DNA of 64,000 nt from NCBI GenBank assembly GCA_951406725.2, contig OX597815.1, forward strand, positions 97,340,001 through 97,404,000, in the 5' to 3' direction. Shown piece after piece: positions 29,030-42,900 of this stretch (the stretch's first letter is position 1; each line of letters starts with the position of its first letter). A program made the position numbers and the translations under genes. The notes beneath the pieces are model-generated. The model had not been told where the DNA came from. It made no database searches and saw nothing but the letters and a program-made list of their open reading frames with translations. This stretch comes from Octopus vulgaris (Eukaryota).

Positions 29030-30810
29030 TATGCACAGTACTTGTGGAAACGATTTGTACATCTGATATATGGGATGTAGAAGTACACATATCGAAGTAT
29101 GGTGTAACACGAACAGACAGAAGAGAAAGCAGCCATGGTGGAGTTGAGGTATACATCCATAATGAACTCATGCCCTAGATTCTGCTATTATGTTGAAATT
29201 CAGGATATGGCACACAAGACGTCTTGATATTGTTATATGTATTACATATCATTCACTAGACACGCCAGATTACACAGATACATTTGTAGACTGACTCGCA
29301 AAATCAAGTTCTTCCCTACATCAGTATATTCCTTGACAGCAACTTCAACTTTCCCGGTGTTATATGAACCGAAGGCCTCATTTTCTTCCGGATATAAATA
29401 GAACCAACAAGCACTGTGGAGTCTCTCCTCAACTTTTCCAAATATTCCTCCATAAAGCATATTATGCTATAGCCAAACAGAACAAATGTTATACTGGATC
29501 ACTGCACAAGAAAGACTGTGGATATCTTCGTTAATGTTAAAATTACCACCTACACTGGGCTTAGATAACCCAGAATTGAGCTGGCGTTTATGCAGACATG
29601 TATCCTATACCGAGCACCCGATAATTCTCAGTTTGAATTGTAGTAAAGCAAACTGGAAATGAACTCAGAAAGAAATCCAAGAAGAGAATTGACTTAAATG
29701 TCTCTCCACACCAGATATTGAAACGAAACTTAAACATTTCATGTCCATAATATAAGTCATGTGTGACATGTCTATTATAGAGAATTAGCCCAACACACAC
29801 AGTAAATAATTATCTCATTCCTGAATATCTCAAAAGTCTTGCAAAGTCCTGCCTGAAAACAATTCCGATGGAAATTGAGAATAGACCGCAATAGTCCCAC
29901 AAATAAGTGATAGGGCGCTCAAAGAGGACTGATTTCTAAAATTATTAAGTTTTCTTTAACTATAATCAAAGAAATGGCCTCTGTATGCGAAAGTTAGGGC
30001 CACTCCTCCAAGAGGACGGCTCCCCAAGAGGAAACCCAATGAGGATAAGTGAAATACTGAACGATCAGTATTTTCACTACTCTTTAGGACATCAGCAAAT
30101 GAACAAACTGGAATATGTCTTTTCCACTACATCTGGATGGCTACTTCGAAATTTTTAGAACAAGAAAACAGGAAACTATGATGTTCCTCTGGATGACATA
30201 TGTCCTCAGCTGCTTAAACGACTATTCCTACCATTAGTACACAATAAAACAATTGCCACAAATCGAAGCAGTTTATCGAAGCTACACAAGGAATATCATC
30301 TGGATGCAACGTCAACCACTGGGAAAGGTTGAAGAAGTTAATACTCTATTCTCCGTGGCGAAGGTGAGGTAGATATGCAGTGATAAACATCTAGAAACTT
30401 CTGGAAGGAATTCTACCAAACTTTCGCATTAAAATTTACTGAAACAGTAGTACGGGCACCACTGCAAAGTGGTGAAGATTGCAACATCATTATTCATATA
30501 CAGGACCAGATTCTGAAACTTGTTGGGTTTGAAGGGCCTTACCTTGGGTAAGAAGTCACAAAGATAGGCCAATAATTCTCAACATTATTATTCATATAGA
30601 GGACCAGATTCTGAAACTTCTTGGGTTTGAAGAGCATGCGGATCTTCAATACCCTTCGAAAACGTCCCAAAGGCATTTCAATATAAAACTGGATCTCTTC
30701 CCGTCAAGATTTCCGGTGAACCAACCTTCCGGCAGGGAACGCACCTTGAGGGTGATAACATCAAACCCGCTCATTCACCCAATGCCACATATCAGAGGTT
30801 TCAATTGGGG
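29030..30810 (+). mobile_element. Heavily decayed CR1-like LINE (APE region to 3' end)
   Basis: VET..DVEVHISKYGVTRTDR...GGVEVYI (APE N-terminus); 3' part resembles the CR1 KLDxFL..PxEP tail. Confidence 0.55.
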
Positions 30811-31445
30811 AAATTATGACAAACCTCTCGATCGCAATCAAGTCAAAGAGTAAAAAGTTGTGTGAACATGTGTAAGAGAGAGAGAGCGAGTGAGAAAGGG
30901 GGAGACGGGGGAGAGAGAACGAGAGAGAGATAAGCGGAGAAAGAAGGGAAAAATAGGTGGATGGCGTCATTAGACAGTTGAGAAGTGCTATTAAGCAGAC
31001 AAGGTAATCAAACCCTATAGGTACAGCGATAAGTGCATTCAACTTGTACACCATAATAATTACAGAATTGTATATTCGCTTTAAAGTAAAGTTGCCCTTG
31101 TATAAACCTATGTTTCATCTTCATATTTTTACTAGCCTATGTAGAAATAAGAGTATAATTGGGTTGAAAGATTCATCAACTACAGAGTATTTCCGAAGTA
31201 TTTGGCACTAATTCATGCATATAATCCAATTTTCACTTCGAGAATCTGTGGAATAGCCAACTGTCATTTCTCTCTACTTTCTGTGAACCTTTGTTTGATG
31301 TTGTAACTATTGAAGCTGCCAGAAGCAATTTCATTCTGGAATGTTTACGTTCTTATATTTCACTCTCCCTCACCATCAACTATATATGTATGTGCTTGTC
31401 TTTGTGTATGCCATTGTGCGAGCACGCGCGCATTTATGTATGTTT

Positions 31446-31447
<2 letters not shown>

Positions 31448-31498
<51 letters not shown>

Positions 31499-31566
31499 AT
31501 GTATATATGTATGTCTATAAGTCTATATATATATAGATATATGTACGTATATATATATGTGTGTAT

Positions 31567-31600
<34 letters not shown>

Positions 31601-31608
31601 GTGTGTAT

Positions 31609-31639
<31 letters not shown>

Positions 31640-31691
31640 CATATGTATATATGTATATATATATATACGTATATATATATATATGTATATG

Positions 31692-31722
<31 letters not shown>

Positions 31723-31753
31723 GTATGTATATATGTATGTGTATATATATATA

Positions 31754-31805
<52 letters not shown>

Positions 31806-31821
31806 TATATATATGTAAATA

Positions 31822-31912
<91 letters not shown>
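31448..31912. repeat. ~460-bp compound (TA)n/(TATG)n microsatellite
   Basis: Directly visible; source of many spurious YI/IY ORFs. Confidence 0.95.
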
Positions 31913-31918
<6 letters not shown>

Positions 31919-32143
31919 TGTCTGGGGAGAGTCAAAAACGAAATATATATGTGTGTGTGTGTGTTTTAATATACATATATAAATATCTTTCTATATTAAG
32001 TAATGAAGCAATATATATGCAGGCACAGAAATACACATACATACACCAACACGCACATACACTCACATACTAACACGCACACACACTCACACAGTTACAC
32101 GCACACACACACGCACGCACGCATATACGAATATAAATATATA

Positions 32144-32197
<54 letters not shown>

Positions 32198-35100
32198 CAT
32201 ACACACGTTTATATTATGTTTATATTATGTACACATGTGTATGTGTGTGTAGTTATCTAGAGAGGATATTATTGGGGTTACGTAGAGACCTAAGTAATGT
32301 GTCATGCCAAAATTCTTTTAGTAGTTTTTGCTCTAAGTTTAGGGGATATTTTGAGCTACGCTATCTTATCCATGCTTATGATTTATAGATATTTTGTAAT
32401 TAAGCTCATTTTTCTTCTATACGCTTAACTCTACTGATCGTTCAGTAAAGGACAATTCAAATGAGAGTATCAAAATTTTTTAACCTTTACATTAACTTAC
32501 AATTGATTGAGGTCTAAAGCCGGATACTTGGCACCAAGCGAAGCATTATTGGAAAGAGATGACGTTATTCATAAATGCATTTGTATATATGAGGTTCTAT
32601 ACAGAATGTATGAGATGGAGTGAATAGACGTATAAGTATGAAATTTCCCATCTCATTTAGGGAAATTTAAGTGAAAGATGAATATTTAGATATTCGATAT
32701 CAAAGATGAACTGCTATGGCATATGGAGACATATAGATAGGATTTGTGTCAGCGAGATATCTACAGTTATTAGAAACATAATTGTTTATCTAGCAGTCAT
32801 ATCATATATCATTTTGTCAGATATGCTTATATTCATATGTGGGATTTCAGCACAGTGTCAGTTTTGTGTTATATGAATATCATCTGTAGTTATCAAGCAA
32901 AACTGTACTTTGTCATAAAAATTAAACACAAAACCTCAGCATAATTAAAGTGAGCGTTAAAGAAATTATATTAAATTTATAGTTAATTAAACTAAATCTA
33001 GGTTATAGGGGCAGAAATAAGTTTGAATTTGCACGAAATTCTGAAACTCCTGCCTCTTTATAATATAAATACTATATAAAACTTTATCTATAATACATAC
33101 GCTAGTATAATATTTACTCAATTAGAGAATGTTTTCAAGTGGATGCTGTCTAGGATTAATCTTTTAATTTAATTTACTATTAGCTGCAGGGAGTGTGATT
33201 GAAATATTAATAAAGGTACAACAGATTCTAAAGCATCCTGCACTTTCAAAAATTTGTTCTTTGCTGGATGCTGAACTACATTAAAAAGAACTAGAGTATT
33301 TAAAATTAATAAGACTCCAAGTGACATCTATTTCTCCAGAATATTTTAGAAAACATTTCTCAGTGGGCTGCATAACCACCATATGATGTAGCGGGACTGA
33401 AACCAGCAAGCAACTGGCAAAATATTTGTCGATGAATACATAGGATCTCCTCAGTAATTCAGATTACATTGGCATTTAAAAAGTTTCCTTAGTAACAAAC
33501 ACAAGAACGAAAATATTGGTGACTCATTATAATATCATCTGCCAAAAGCGAATGAGACTGCCGGATATAGAAACCCTAACGTTGATTTCAACCTCGAACA
33601 CAAACCTGTCGCAGTAATATCTATGATAGATTATTATACAAAGTATTTTGTTCAAGAAGAAAACCATGCAGCAACCAGCTTCGAACTTTGAAAAGATAAA
33701 TGAAATATAATACTTCTGGTCTTACTGCACCTAGTTAAAGGTGATATTTCTGAGGGAATTTCTCTCTAACATAGAACCCAATATGCAGTTTTTGATATTT
33801 ATTCCAAGATTCAGTAAAGGAAAGTTTTAGTTCTCTGTATATCCTCAACAAAAAAAAAAATGTTTCTTTTCTTTCTGCGACATGTTCTAAACATTTTGAG
33901 TTACATGCCATCAGTAACTGACGTAGCCGTATATGTATAGAAGATATTCCAACCAGTATTTACGGTCCTGATTAAAAACAATATGCATATGATGCCAACT
34001 AAACAATCAAGTAGTATTCTAAAATAAACCTAAAATTTAAAAATATCCGCGATCTGAACAAATGCGTTTCCTTGTGCATCCTGACTGCTGCCATCACTTT
34101 GTTAATTCGAGTGTTCAGCCGCTCTAAATTTTATCCACAAGCAGAACACCATTGATCTTTAGGCTGTCGAAATGCATGATATTCAATAATGTATGTATGA
34201 AAAATTCCAAGAAACTTACTCTGAGATTTTCATACAAGAGAAAATAGAAAAGAATGGAAATTGCTCCCTCATAACGAATCTCAGTTCTACGAACTAACAA
34301 AACAATTTGACACTTATAATACTTCTACTTGTACAGCTATCTACAATACTGATTATCAATGTGACCAAATAATCCCCCTGTCTGTCCATAGACATGACAT
34401 TTTTTTTTTTGTTTTTTTCATTAAGACACCAAATCAAACTTATTGGGAAGTTTATATCCAAGCCAAAGCTGCGTCAAACGGTTTGTTGATTAACCAACTG
34501 GAGAGACCTAGAACTTTAATGTTCAATAACGCATAGGGACTCTGTATATGGGCAGAACAATAAAAATACACAGGGCATAATTTCTGGGAACAATAGGGGA
34601 CATGATAGGATAACCACAAATTAATAAATATAATAAATTTAAGAGTTACACATTGACAACACCCAGAAAGAAGAATATATAAACTAGCGGGTGCCTGTGA
34701 AAATACTACAGAACGAAAAAAACTAAGAATTGTATAAGACAGAAAATATGATTTGCATTTTGTTACACATGAAAGTCATTGTTGCTTGTGCAAAAGATGA
34801 TAGACGAATATACAATACCCTTAATACAATAGCAATTACACGTATCATTCTTTAGTATTTAATTCTATATAACATTAATAATTAGTTTACATTATATAAA
34901 ATTAAGATACACAAAACGATATAGAAAATATACCCAATGTTTTTATATACATGATTAGTTGCAATTCCATTGCAAATTTAAAAATTAATAACATTCATTA
35001 CTATTTCGCAAAGTTATTTCACTTCCAGTCAAAATACTATATTACATGATTTTAAAATAATTTATATTCTTCTCTCTTTCTCTCTTTCTATATCTGTCAC

Positions 35101-35610
35101 GCACACACTCTCTCCCTCTCTTTCTATCTCTCTCACACCCACTCTCTCTCCCACTCTCTCTTTCTATCTATCTCCCACACACATTCTCTCTCACTCGCTC
35201 TCTCCTCTCTCTCCCCTCTCTCTCTCCTTCTCTCACCCCCTCTCTCTGTTAATATATCTCTTAAACTTTTTAACATCGTTAGCAATATTCTCATTAACTT
35301 GACCTTTATTTCTCTATTCCACTAACCGCGTGACAGTTAACTCACTGCCCCTCCCTGTTTCTTACTCTCCGCCATCTCTGTCACTCTCAATCCGCACTTC
35401 TCTCACTCCACCTCACCCTCTCTCTAAAAAACTCAAACGTAACCTGGAAACGAAGGAACAAGCAGAATTGTAATATAGATTTTACCCAATAACATTATTT
35501 CCTCTGATTTCTTAGTTTTAAATCGTGCGGTTATGGTAAAATTTAGCTGTATTTCAACATACTCCATTTTTGTTTTGAACAGTTTACTGTAAAAACATAT
35601 AATAATAATA

Positions 35611-36020
35611 AATGCCCTGGTACAGTACCAAGCAGTGACTCTCATGGCTTCTTATCTTAACTGATTGGAAGTGTCATCATGTACATTGTTATGTCTTAGT
35701 ATAAAAGATGGGCTACAGGAAATATTCTGCCCAATACCACAGAATTGCTTGTTAGTTGCTTGACCATTACCAGTTGAACATGTCCCTTAGTGGCTGACGA
35801 TTTGTTAATCTTTGATTACGAGCACAAGTAGTGGGAGAGGAATTCTTTGGAGTTTGAATAACTCACATATGGAAGCATGGGTGTTTTGTTCAATATCCTT
35901 AAAGAACCCGAATTCAGGGACCTTTTTGAGCTGGATTGGCTAAATGGGCCCCACCTGCAAGATCATGCACTGTTTATCTTGACATAAGATCACCGTGTCG
36001 CGCACATATGTTTGTGATGC
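35611..36020 (-). mobile_element. Unclassified interspersed repeat, copy 2
   Basis: Homologous to 20852-21335; abuts aataataataa. Confidence 0.7.
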
Positions 36021-36021
36021 T

Positions 36022-36060
36022 TTAAGTATTTCGTCCAGCGTGTTAACGATTCTGCCAGCC

Positions 36061-36062
<2 letters not shown>
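36022..36062 (-). mobile_element. SINE family A head fragment
   Basis: Reverse complement ggctggcagaatcgttaacacgctggacgaaatac. Confidence 0.65.
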
Positions 36063-36097
<35 letters not shown>

Positions 36098-36219
36098 AAA
36101 TAATGATGATGATGATAATAATGATGATGATGATAATAATGATGATGATGATAATAATGATGGTGATGATAATAATGATGATGATGATAATAATGATGAT
36201 GATGATGATAATGATGATG

Positions 36220-36252
<33 letters not shown>

Positions 36253-36330
36253 ATGATCATGATGATGATCATCATCATCATGATCATGATGATCATGATG
36301 ATAACGATGACGATGACGACGACGACGACG
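36063..36330. repeat. Compound (ATA)/(ATG)/(ATC)/(ACG) trinucleotide repeat
   Basis: Directly visible; explains the poly-I/poly-M ORFs. Confidence 0.95.
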
Positions 36331-37078
36331 CTAAACCGATGTTCGGCTTTTAGCCAGCTATATTTCAACAGAATGTTGATTTTTGATTTAAACCAAATGT
36401 CATTGTTGCATTTCCTGCTACTTTTTTTAATCGATCTCACTAAGCAGATCAGATAAACTAAGAAACAGAAGTGAAGTGAATTTTAGCTAGCAAATATGAT
36501 TCTACAAAATCTACTGGCCAACCTACTCAGCAAAATATATAAAACATGTGTACCGGAACGCTGTTAGAGAATTAAAATAATGTCATAGCATTAGTATAAA
36601 TTTTCATCCAGTTTACCTTATATCTTCCATATTGATATATATATATATATATATATAAATTAAGAATTAAGAATATTACACAGACTAAGATAGTTCCAGT
36701 GTGTTTAAATTTTGTTTTTTGTCACTCTTTTGTGTTTTGATCCATTTTAACATCAATATTTATTTTACAGAAATATTCTTTTACTATGTTAGTTATTGTT
36801 TAACCTGCAGCAGGCATGTTTAGACAAAGCAGATATGATTAAAGTTATAACTGCTGCAATGATGTTACTTTTCTTTAGAATACCTGGAAGCATTAATGTT
36901 GCAGGTCGTTACATATTTAAATGATAGAAATGATTTTATGGATATTCAGTGGATTCTTCGTGCAGGGTGAGTTAACTGTGTAGCACATACCTTGTAAGAT
37001 TAATCATTATTTTTGTTTTGTACTTTGTATACAATCTCTCTAAAATGATAAATATATTTCTTTCTTTTTTTATTACAG

Positions 37079-37132
37079 GCGTTGGAATTAAACATGACAA
37101 CAGAATATTTTCATTATTTGTTTACCACTCTT
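37079..37132 (+). CDS. Internal 54-nt exon (phase 0/0) of a kainate-type ionotropic glutamate receptor, amino-terminal domain
   Basis: Acceptor tttctttctttttttattacAG, donor GTAAGT, open frame ALELNMTTEYFHYLFTTL vs GluK2 ALAMGMMTEYYHYIFTTL (from memory). Paralogue identity unknown. Confidence 0.85.
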
Positions 37133-37501
37133 GTAAGTAAATTTACAATATTTACTGTCATTGTGAATTTATAAGAGATAATTCATTCAATGTAATTATT
37201 TCAGACATTGTTCACTAAAGATTACAATGTTCTTAGCTAAACTCTCGTAGCTTGTCACTATGATGCGAAAACACTCTATCGATATATATTAAGAAAATAT
37301 TTCACTATATGTTGTCACATGTGTGTAAGTATGAGTGTGTGTGAGTGTGCGTAATACATAAATATATCTAGGATTTAACATACATAATGGATGTATATTT
37401 ACAATGCATATTGATAAAATATAAATAATATATATATATGGTATATACAAAATATATAATATACATACTTATGAATATGCCTGTGCTTTTGTGTATGTAT
37501 G

Positions 37502-37556
<55 letters not shown>

Positions 37557-40500
37557 TTATATTAGGTTCAGTCTGGTGCAAGCATTTAGGTATACCTACA
37601 CATGTATGTATACCTCAATGTTTGCACCAGACTGAACTAAGCTAAAGGTATAAACAAAGGACATAATGGTTATAAGCCGATTAAGTCTACCAGTCAAGAT
37701 GCAGACCGGCCATCCACCATATTTTCCATATGCCAACCATCACTCAAAAGCCTTTGGAAAACCCGAGACTGTGATAAAATATACTTGGCCAACATAGCTC
37801 GCAATCTGTTGAATCACAATCCACGTAGTGGCAAAACATTTATGTACACTTCATTTATATGTATGCCAATAATACTATAGTTTAATGTGCGTATGACCAT
37901 ACCATGAAATTATCTATATGTAAATGTCATTTGGCATATTGAGAAATATGCGGAATCAGTCGACGTCATTTAGCTATATAATTCAACATCTTATAGTAGA
38001 TGTGAAGTTGGACAAGAGGTCTTAATTAAATTACGTTCTTAGCGCGTAGAGTGAGCACCTTGTATTGTTTGATAGAGTAGTGATTAAAAATATGGAAACG
38101 TACATAAAACAGCGAACAATCTTAAATGCTGATTGATTCAGATATGATGTTGTAGATGGTATAATAGCGTAGCAACAGCTTGTCGATGAAGTAGATTAGA
38201 TAAAGTAATTACAGACAAAAAGGTTAATGAAAGTTTCAAATATAATTAAAATGATTTTTAACAGATGTACTTTTGTTGTTGTAGTTTCGTTTAATTATAT
38301 ATCATCTGTAATTTCCTTTGATTATAAGTTGCACTGTTGTTTAAATAAGTGAATGGTTTCTAGATGAACATCTATGCAATTTTAGTATATTGCACAGACT
38401 GTATACACAAACAATGTATACTGAAGCTAAATGTACGAAACTATGAAAGTAAAACCGTTAATGGGAGCTCATCAATCTTCACAGTATTGAAATATTCGAA
38501 ATGCTATGCGAAACAATTTCAAAATGACCACCCCTAAGTTTGAATGCAAGAAACTCACATTCTTCATTTTCTGTTTTGACAAGCTGTCATCGAATAAACT
38601 AGCAAACAGGTCTGCAATCATGAGCTTAGCAGCATTTGCTTTATCATAACAGTATTAAAAAAATGTAAATGGCTCTCCGTCACTTTCGACAGTGATTATT
38701 CCAGTTATTCATATTTTAATGTAAGGCCTTGAGTAATCTATAGACACTTAGACACTTTCTGACGAGCCTGGAATTTAAAATTACAAATGCAGGCCATTCG
38801 ACATTTTTCAACAGCTTTTGTTCATCTCATTTCACACAGATTGTATTGGAAAATACCACGTTATGGAAAATATATATGCTCCCAAACTCATGAAGCGAAA
38901 ATTAAAGAATGATTTAATTATAGTAAAATAAACTTAGCAACTGTTATCTGCGTCCATACTGCTGGAGTAATAGTGTTATGTACACACATACACACATACA
39001 CATATATATGCATATATGTATATATACATATATGCATATCAAAATTTATATATATATGTATGATAGGTGAAGCATATATTAGCTTGATGTCAGATCTTTC
39101 GCCAACTTTAATAATGTTAGACCTACCAAGAAATCAAACGCATCGACATGGTATCCTGATTATAAATCATGTGATATGTAATAAGGTGCTTTATCTTAAA
39201 GAATTCTTGCTAAACAGTAACACACGCAAATATGCACTTATACCCTCCGACGCAGAGGCACAAAGACACACGCACTCACACACACAGATACAGATGAAAA
39301 TTATATTATTTTCCATTCATGTAAATGGACGTCTCTGCCTCTGTTGACAGATAGTTGCTCAAACTTCCATGACTCAGACGTTTTAAGCACATAAAGCATG
39401 TGAAAAATCATTTAAATGTTCATCCTGAGGGAGTTTTCAGCAGCATGCGACGTGACAGGAAGGTTCTTAATGATTTTTCGCAAACGTGTTTCCCTTTGGT
39501 AAAAGCAGCTCGTGATTGGAAACGGTTAAAAACCACTGACTATTCACATTACAGAGAACCGCTTGCATGAAGGAAAACTTGTTTCCTTATGAGTGACATA
39601 TGTTACCATGGGAGGCTACACCTTGTTATCTTTCTGTAGAGATATCGATCCTTTATTTAGACATTCAATTGAAAATATGTCAAGAGAAAAGCTCTTGTGC
39701 CTCATATAATAGAAATTACTTCACATCTTCTGTTAAGCGAGATTGTTTGCTGGTTCATTATACACAGTTATTCCGACAGGTGGAATCTTTGGGTGGAAAG
39801 ATTTTAGAATATAGAGTTCTCTATTATGTCTATTTGGCTTGAAATAATATTATTATTTCAAAACAAAAGGACTTCTAAGTCCCTGCGGAAATCGAAATAA
39901 GTGCTTCCCGACAGTCCAGTTGGTTCCTCTTCTGTTGTTATTGATAAGTATATGTACATCCTTGAATTACTGGTGGAGATTAATTTGGTATTAGTAATGT
40001 TTAAATAATTACAAATATCCATAGTATAATTCTTCCCACCATAATTGTATATTTCTATGCCAATGCTGACATCTGGAAGAGTGTTATTAGTTTTGTTTCA
40101 TGAATAAGAGTGCCCTACATCATATTCTCTGACAGATGCAAACTGGTATCTTCTGGAGTTTGTGTGATGCAGTCTAGAGATTAACTTGAAGTTGTTTAGG
40201 TCTGTACTTCATCATGTCAGTTTTCGCAATGTAGAAATATGAACTATACTTAGTTGAATAAAATACTTTGGCAATAATATTTATCATGGGTAGAATGCTG
40301 CATAGTGTGCGGTTATATATTTAATTAAAATCGATTCCAATGCTTTAAGTGTATTCACCGATTCGACACCGCAAAAGTAGAAGGGTAAGTTAACTCCGGA
40401 ATTATTTGTATTATAAACGTATTAGGGCATAGATATTTGCCACAAATTAACGAACGAAATTGAATTCTCTGCTCTCGTATCTCAGCAAATTTCTTTGTCA

Positions 40501-40644
40501 GGAACAATGTCTACAACAGAAACGTTGTCATTGTTCTTGTGGTTTAGCATGTTCTTGTGGTTTAGTAAGTGTACTCATTAATCAAACGTGCTCATGAACT
40601 AAATATAACTTTGTTTTTCGTGTATGTACGTGTAGAGCATATAT

Positions 40645-40853
40645 ATCATTTAGACTGCGGCCATGTTGGGGCACCATCTTTTTAGTGAAACTAAGCGGGA
40701 CCAGTATTTATTTTTAAGCCTCACACTTAGTCTATCAGTTTGTTTTGCTGAGCTGCTGAGTTACAGGAACGTGAACACACGAACACCGGTTGTGAAGCGG
40801 AGGTGGGGGACAAAGAGATACAAAGGCACACAAACACGCACGTACAACCCGGA

Positions 40854-40904
<51 letters not shown>

Positions 40905-41068
40905 GAGAGAGAGAGAGAAATAAGAAGATATTCTTCCAGTTCCCCTTAACCAAATTCACGGACAAGAATATGGCTTGGACCACACTTGTCCAAGGTGCCA
41001 AAATGTTGGACTACTGAATTCGGAATCATTAGTTTGCCAAACAATCTGCCCAGAGCCACTTCAGCGCC
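40645..41068 (-). mobile_element. tRNA-derived SINE family B with internal microsatellite, decayed
   Basis: gactgcggccatgttggggcacc tail and cacttgtccaaggtgcca...gcgcc head match 54486-54883. Confidence 0.75.
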
Positions 41069-41293
41069 TATCTATATATTAAAATAATATTAGTGTAACT
41101 TTGAATGTATGATATACATAAGCTTGTTGGCCAAAACAGCTGCATGCATTGAATGCTTTCGAAATTCATCAAATATGCAATATATGTGATTTAGTATTGC
41201 ATGAGTTTATATACAGATTCCGTTAGAACTTAACTGTCGAAACCAATAATGAGACAGGTTGTTCTATTCAGCTATATCCTTCTGTGAAAACAA

Positions 41294-41398
<105 letters not shown>

Positions 41399-41749
41399 TG
41401 CGTATGCACACACACACACATATATATATATATATACACACAAACATACATTGCTTGAGATAGGATTTTAAATACTCTTAATCTCTTAATGCTGTAGGAG
41501 AAGCACAGACTGTACACACATGCTGACAGGGAAGCCAACGCCCTATGATCGCTTCGAGTATCCCCGGTCTAGATCTAACACATTCTAGTCGTACATTTTG
41601 CGTACATTCTAGTCGTACATTAAGACAAGTTTAACGTTTATTTCTCGCAAAGTAGGTACTCCGGATTCCAAAGTCTAACTTAGTGACAATTGAATTTTTC
41701 TTTTATGGTACCACATTGCACTTGGCTTTTTATATTAATATTTAGTATT

Positions 41750-42900
41750 TCCATGCCCCCTCCCAATACTACGATCTGCGGATATGGCGGATCGTAGTAC
41801 TGGGAGGGGGTATGGTTTCGGATTGATCAATAATACGGGACCCCGTAGCAGGTTGAAGAAATGTAATTGTAGGGACCCATCAGAATGTCCGATTAGCGGA
41901 AATTGTCGCCAGGAAAATATAGTTTATAAATGTAGTGTTGAGGCACAAGGAGGCCAGATAAATATATATATATTGGAAATACAGTAGACTTTAAGCAGAG
42001 GTATCGATCCCACCTGAGCTCTTTCAACAATCCTAAATATAGGACCTCTACAACATTGGCATTACATGTTAATGACCTTAAGGAAAGGAATGTTGAATTT
42101 AAAATATAATAGGCTATCCTTGCGCATGCCTTCCCTTATAGAATTGGGTCCACTAGATGCGGTTTATGCATAAGGGAGGCATATACTATATTGAAAAATT
42201 ACAACAACGCAGTGTTAAATAAGTTCACTGATGCAATACCGGTATGTATGCATAAGATCCACTCGATGTTCCATAAGATATTTAGAAATAGAAATAGCAA
42301 TAAAAGTTAGAGCTAAGCAATAACAATTGAATTAAGTTTACTAAGTATTATGAGTGGTAAACGAGATAAAACTAAAGTAATGTAATTATTAAAAAAACAG
42401 CTGTTAGTCGAGTACTCGAACCTGAATATGTGGTTTTGCATGTATGGGAGAATTTATAAAATTGAAATAAAATAAAATAAAATAAAATAAGTGCTGAAGT
42501 GAAATGGTCCAGATGACGCTGTGTGCATACAATTTACTATGGCGGCTGGATCGAATTGTATGCGTATAAAGTTCCGTTCAGGATCGACGAAAACAATTCT
42601 GGGAGTACGTAAATGCCGTGTTCTGAGAATGACCGGTATGTGATTGTGTATTTGTGTATTTGGTCATGTTTTATATGTATTGTATAGGACATCCTGATGA
42701 CGGGAGTGTCAATTTTAAGTACTATTTTAAGTAGTGATATGTCTAATATTAATTGGCACATCCCCGAAACAGCCCGTAGAATGACTTCTGTATATCTTGT
42801 ATTTTTGTAAGCTTGTATATGTATTATATTCTATGTACTATTCGCCGGAATTTTATTCGTCTATTGATATGCCATATTTTAATTTTATTATCATTATATT
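41750..42900 (+). mobile_element. Penelope-like element 3' portion (GIY-YIG endonuclease plus pLTR with hammerhead)
   Basis: KKCNCRDPSECPISGNCRQENIVYKC, then after a frameshift YIGNTVDFKQRYRSHLSSF..TTLA.., CGLCIREA..LNK; hammerhead at 42682. Confidence 0.88.
42682..42793 (+). ncRNA. Type I hammerhead ribozyme, partly degenerate
   Basis: CTGATGA 42694-42700; stem II gggagtgtcaatt/aattggcacatccc; GAAA 42766-42769; C-agccc-G; GUA triplet 42776-42778; stem I catc/ga(a)tg. First stem II pair is C-C. Confidence 0.7.

Noticed and set aside
31291-32260. Many long YI/IY/CV/HT-rich ORFs here and elsewhere
   Set aside because: Translations of stop-free dinucleotide and tetranucleotide microsatellites.
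35060-35465. CT-rich tract ending in a possible Helitron-like terminus
   Set aside because: Terminal hairpin and CTAG not preserved.
35940-36456. Poly-Ile/poly-Met ORFs
   Set aside because: Trinucleotide repeat artefacts.
36905-36972. Strong donor AGG|GTGAGT 112 nt upstream of the receptor exon
   Set aside because: The frame that would join in phase 0 has a nearby stop and no iGluR similarity.
38759-38800. CTGACGA followed by a gcctg/caggc stem
   Set aside because: No GAAA box after the stem.
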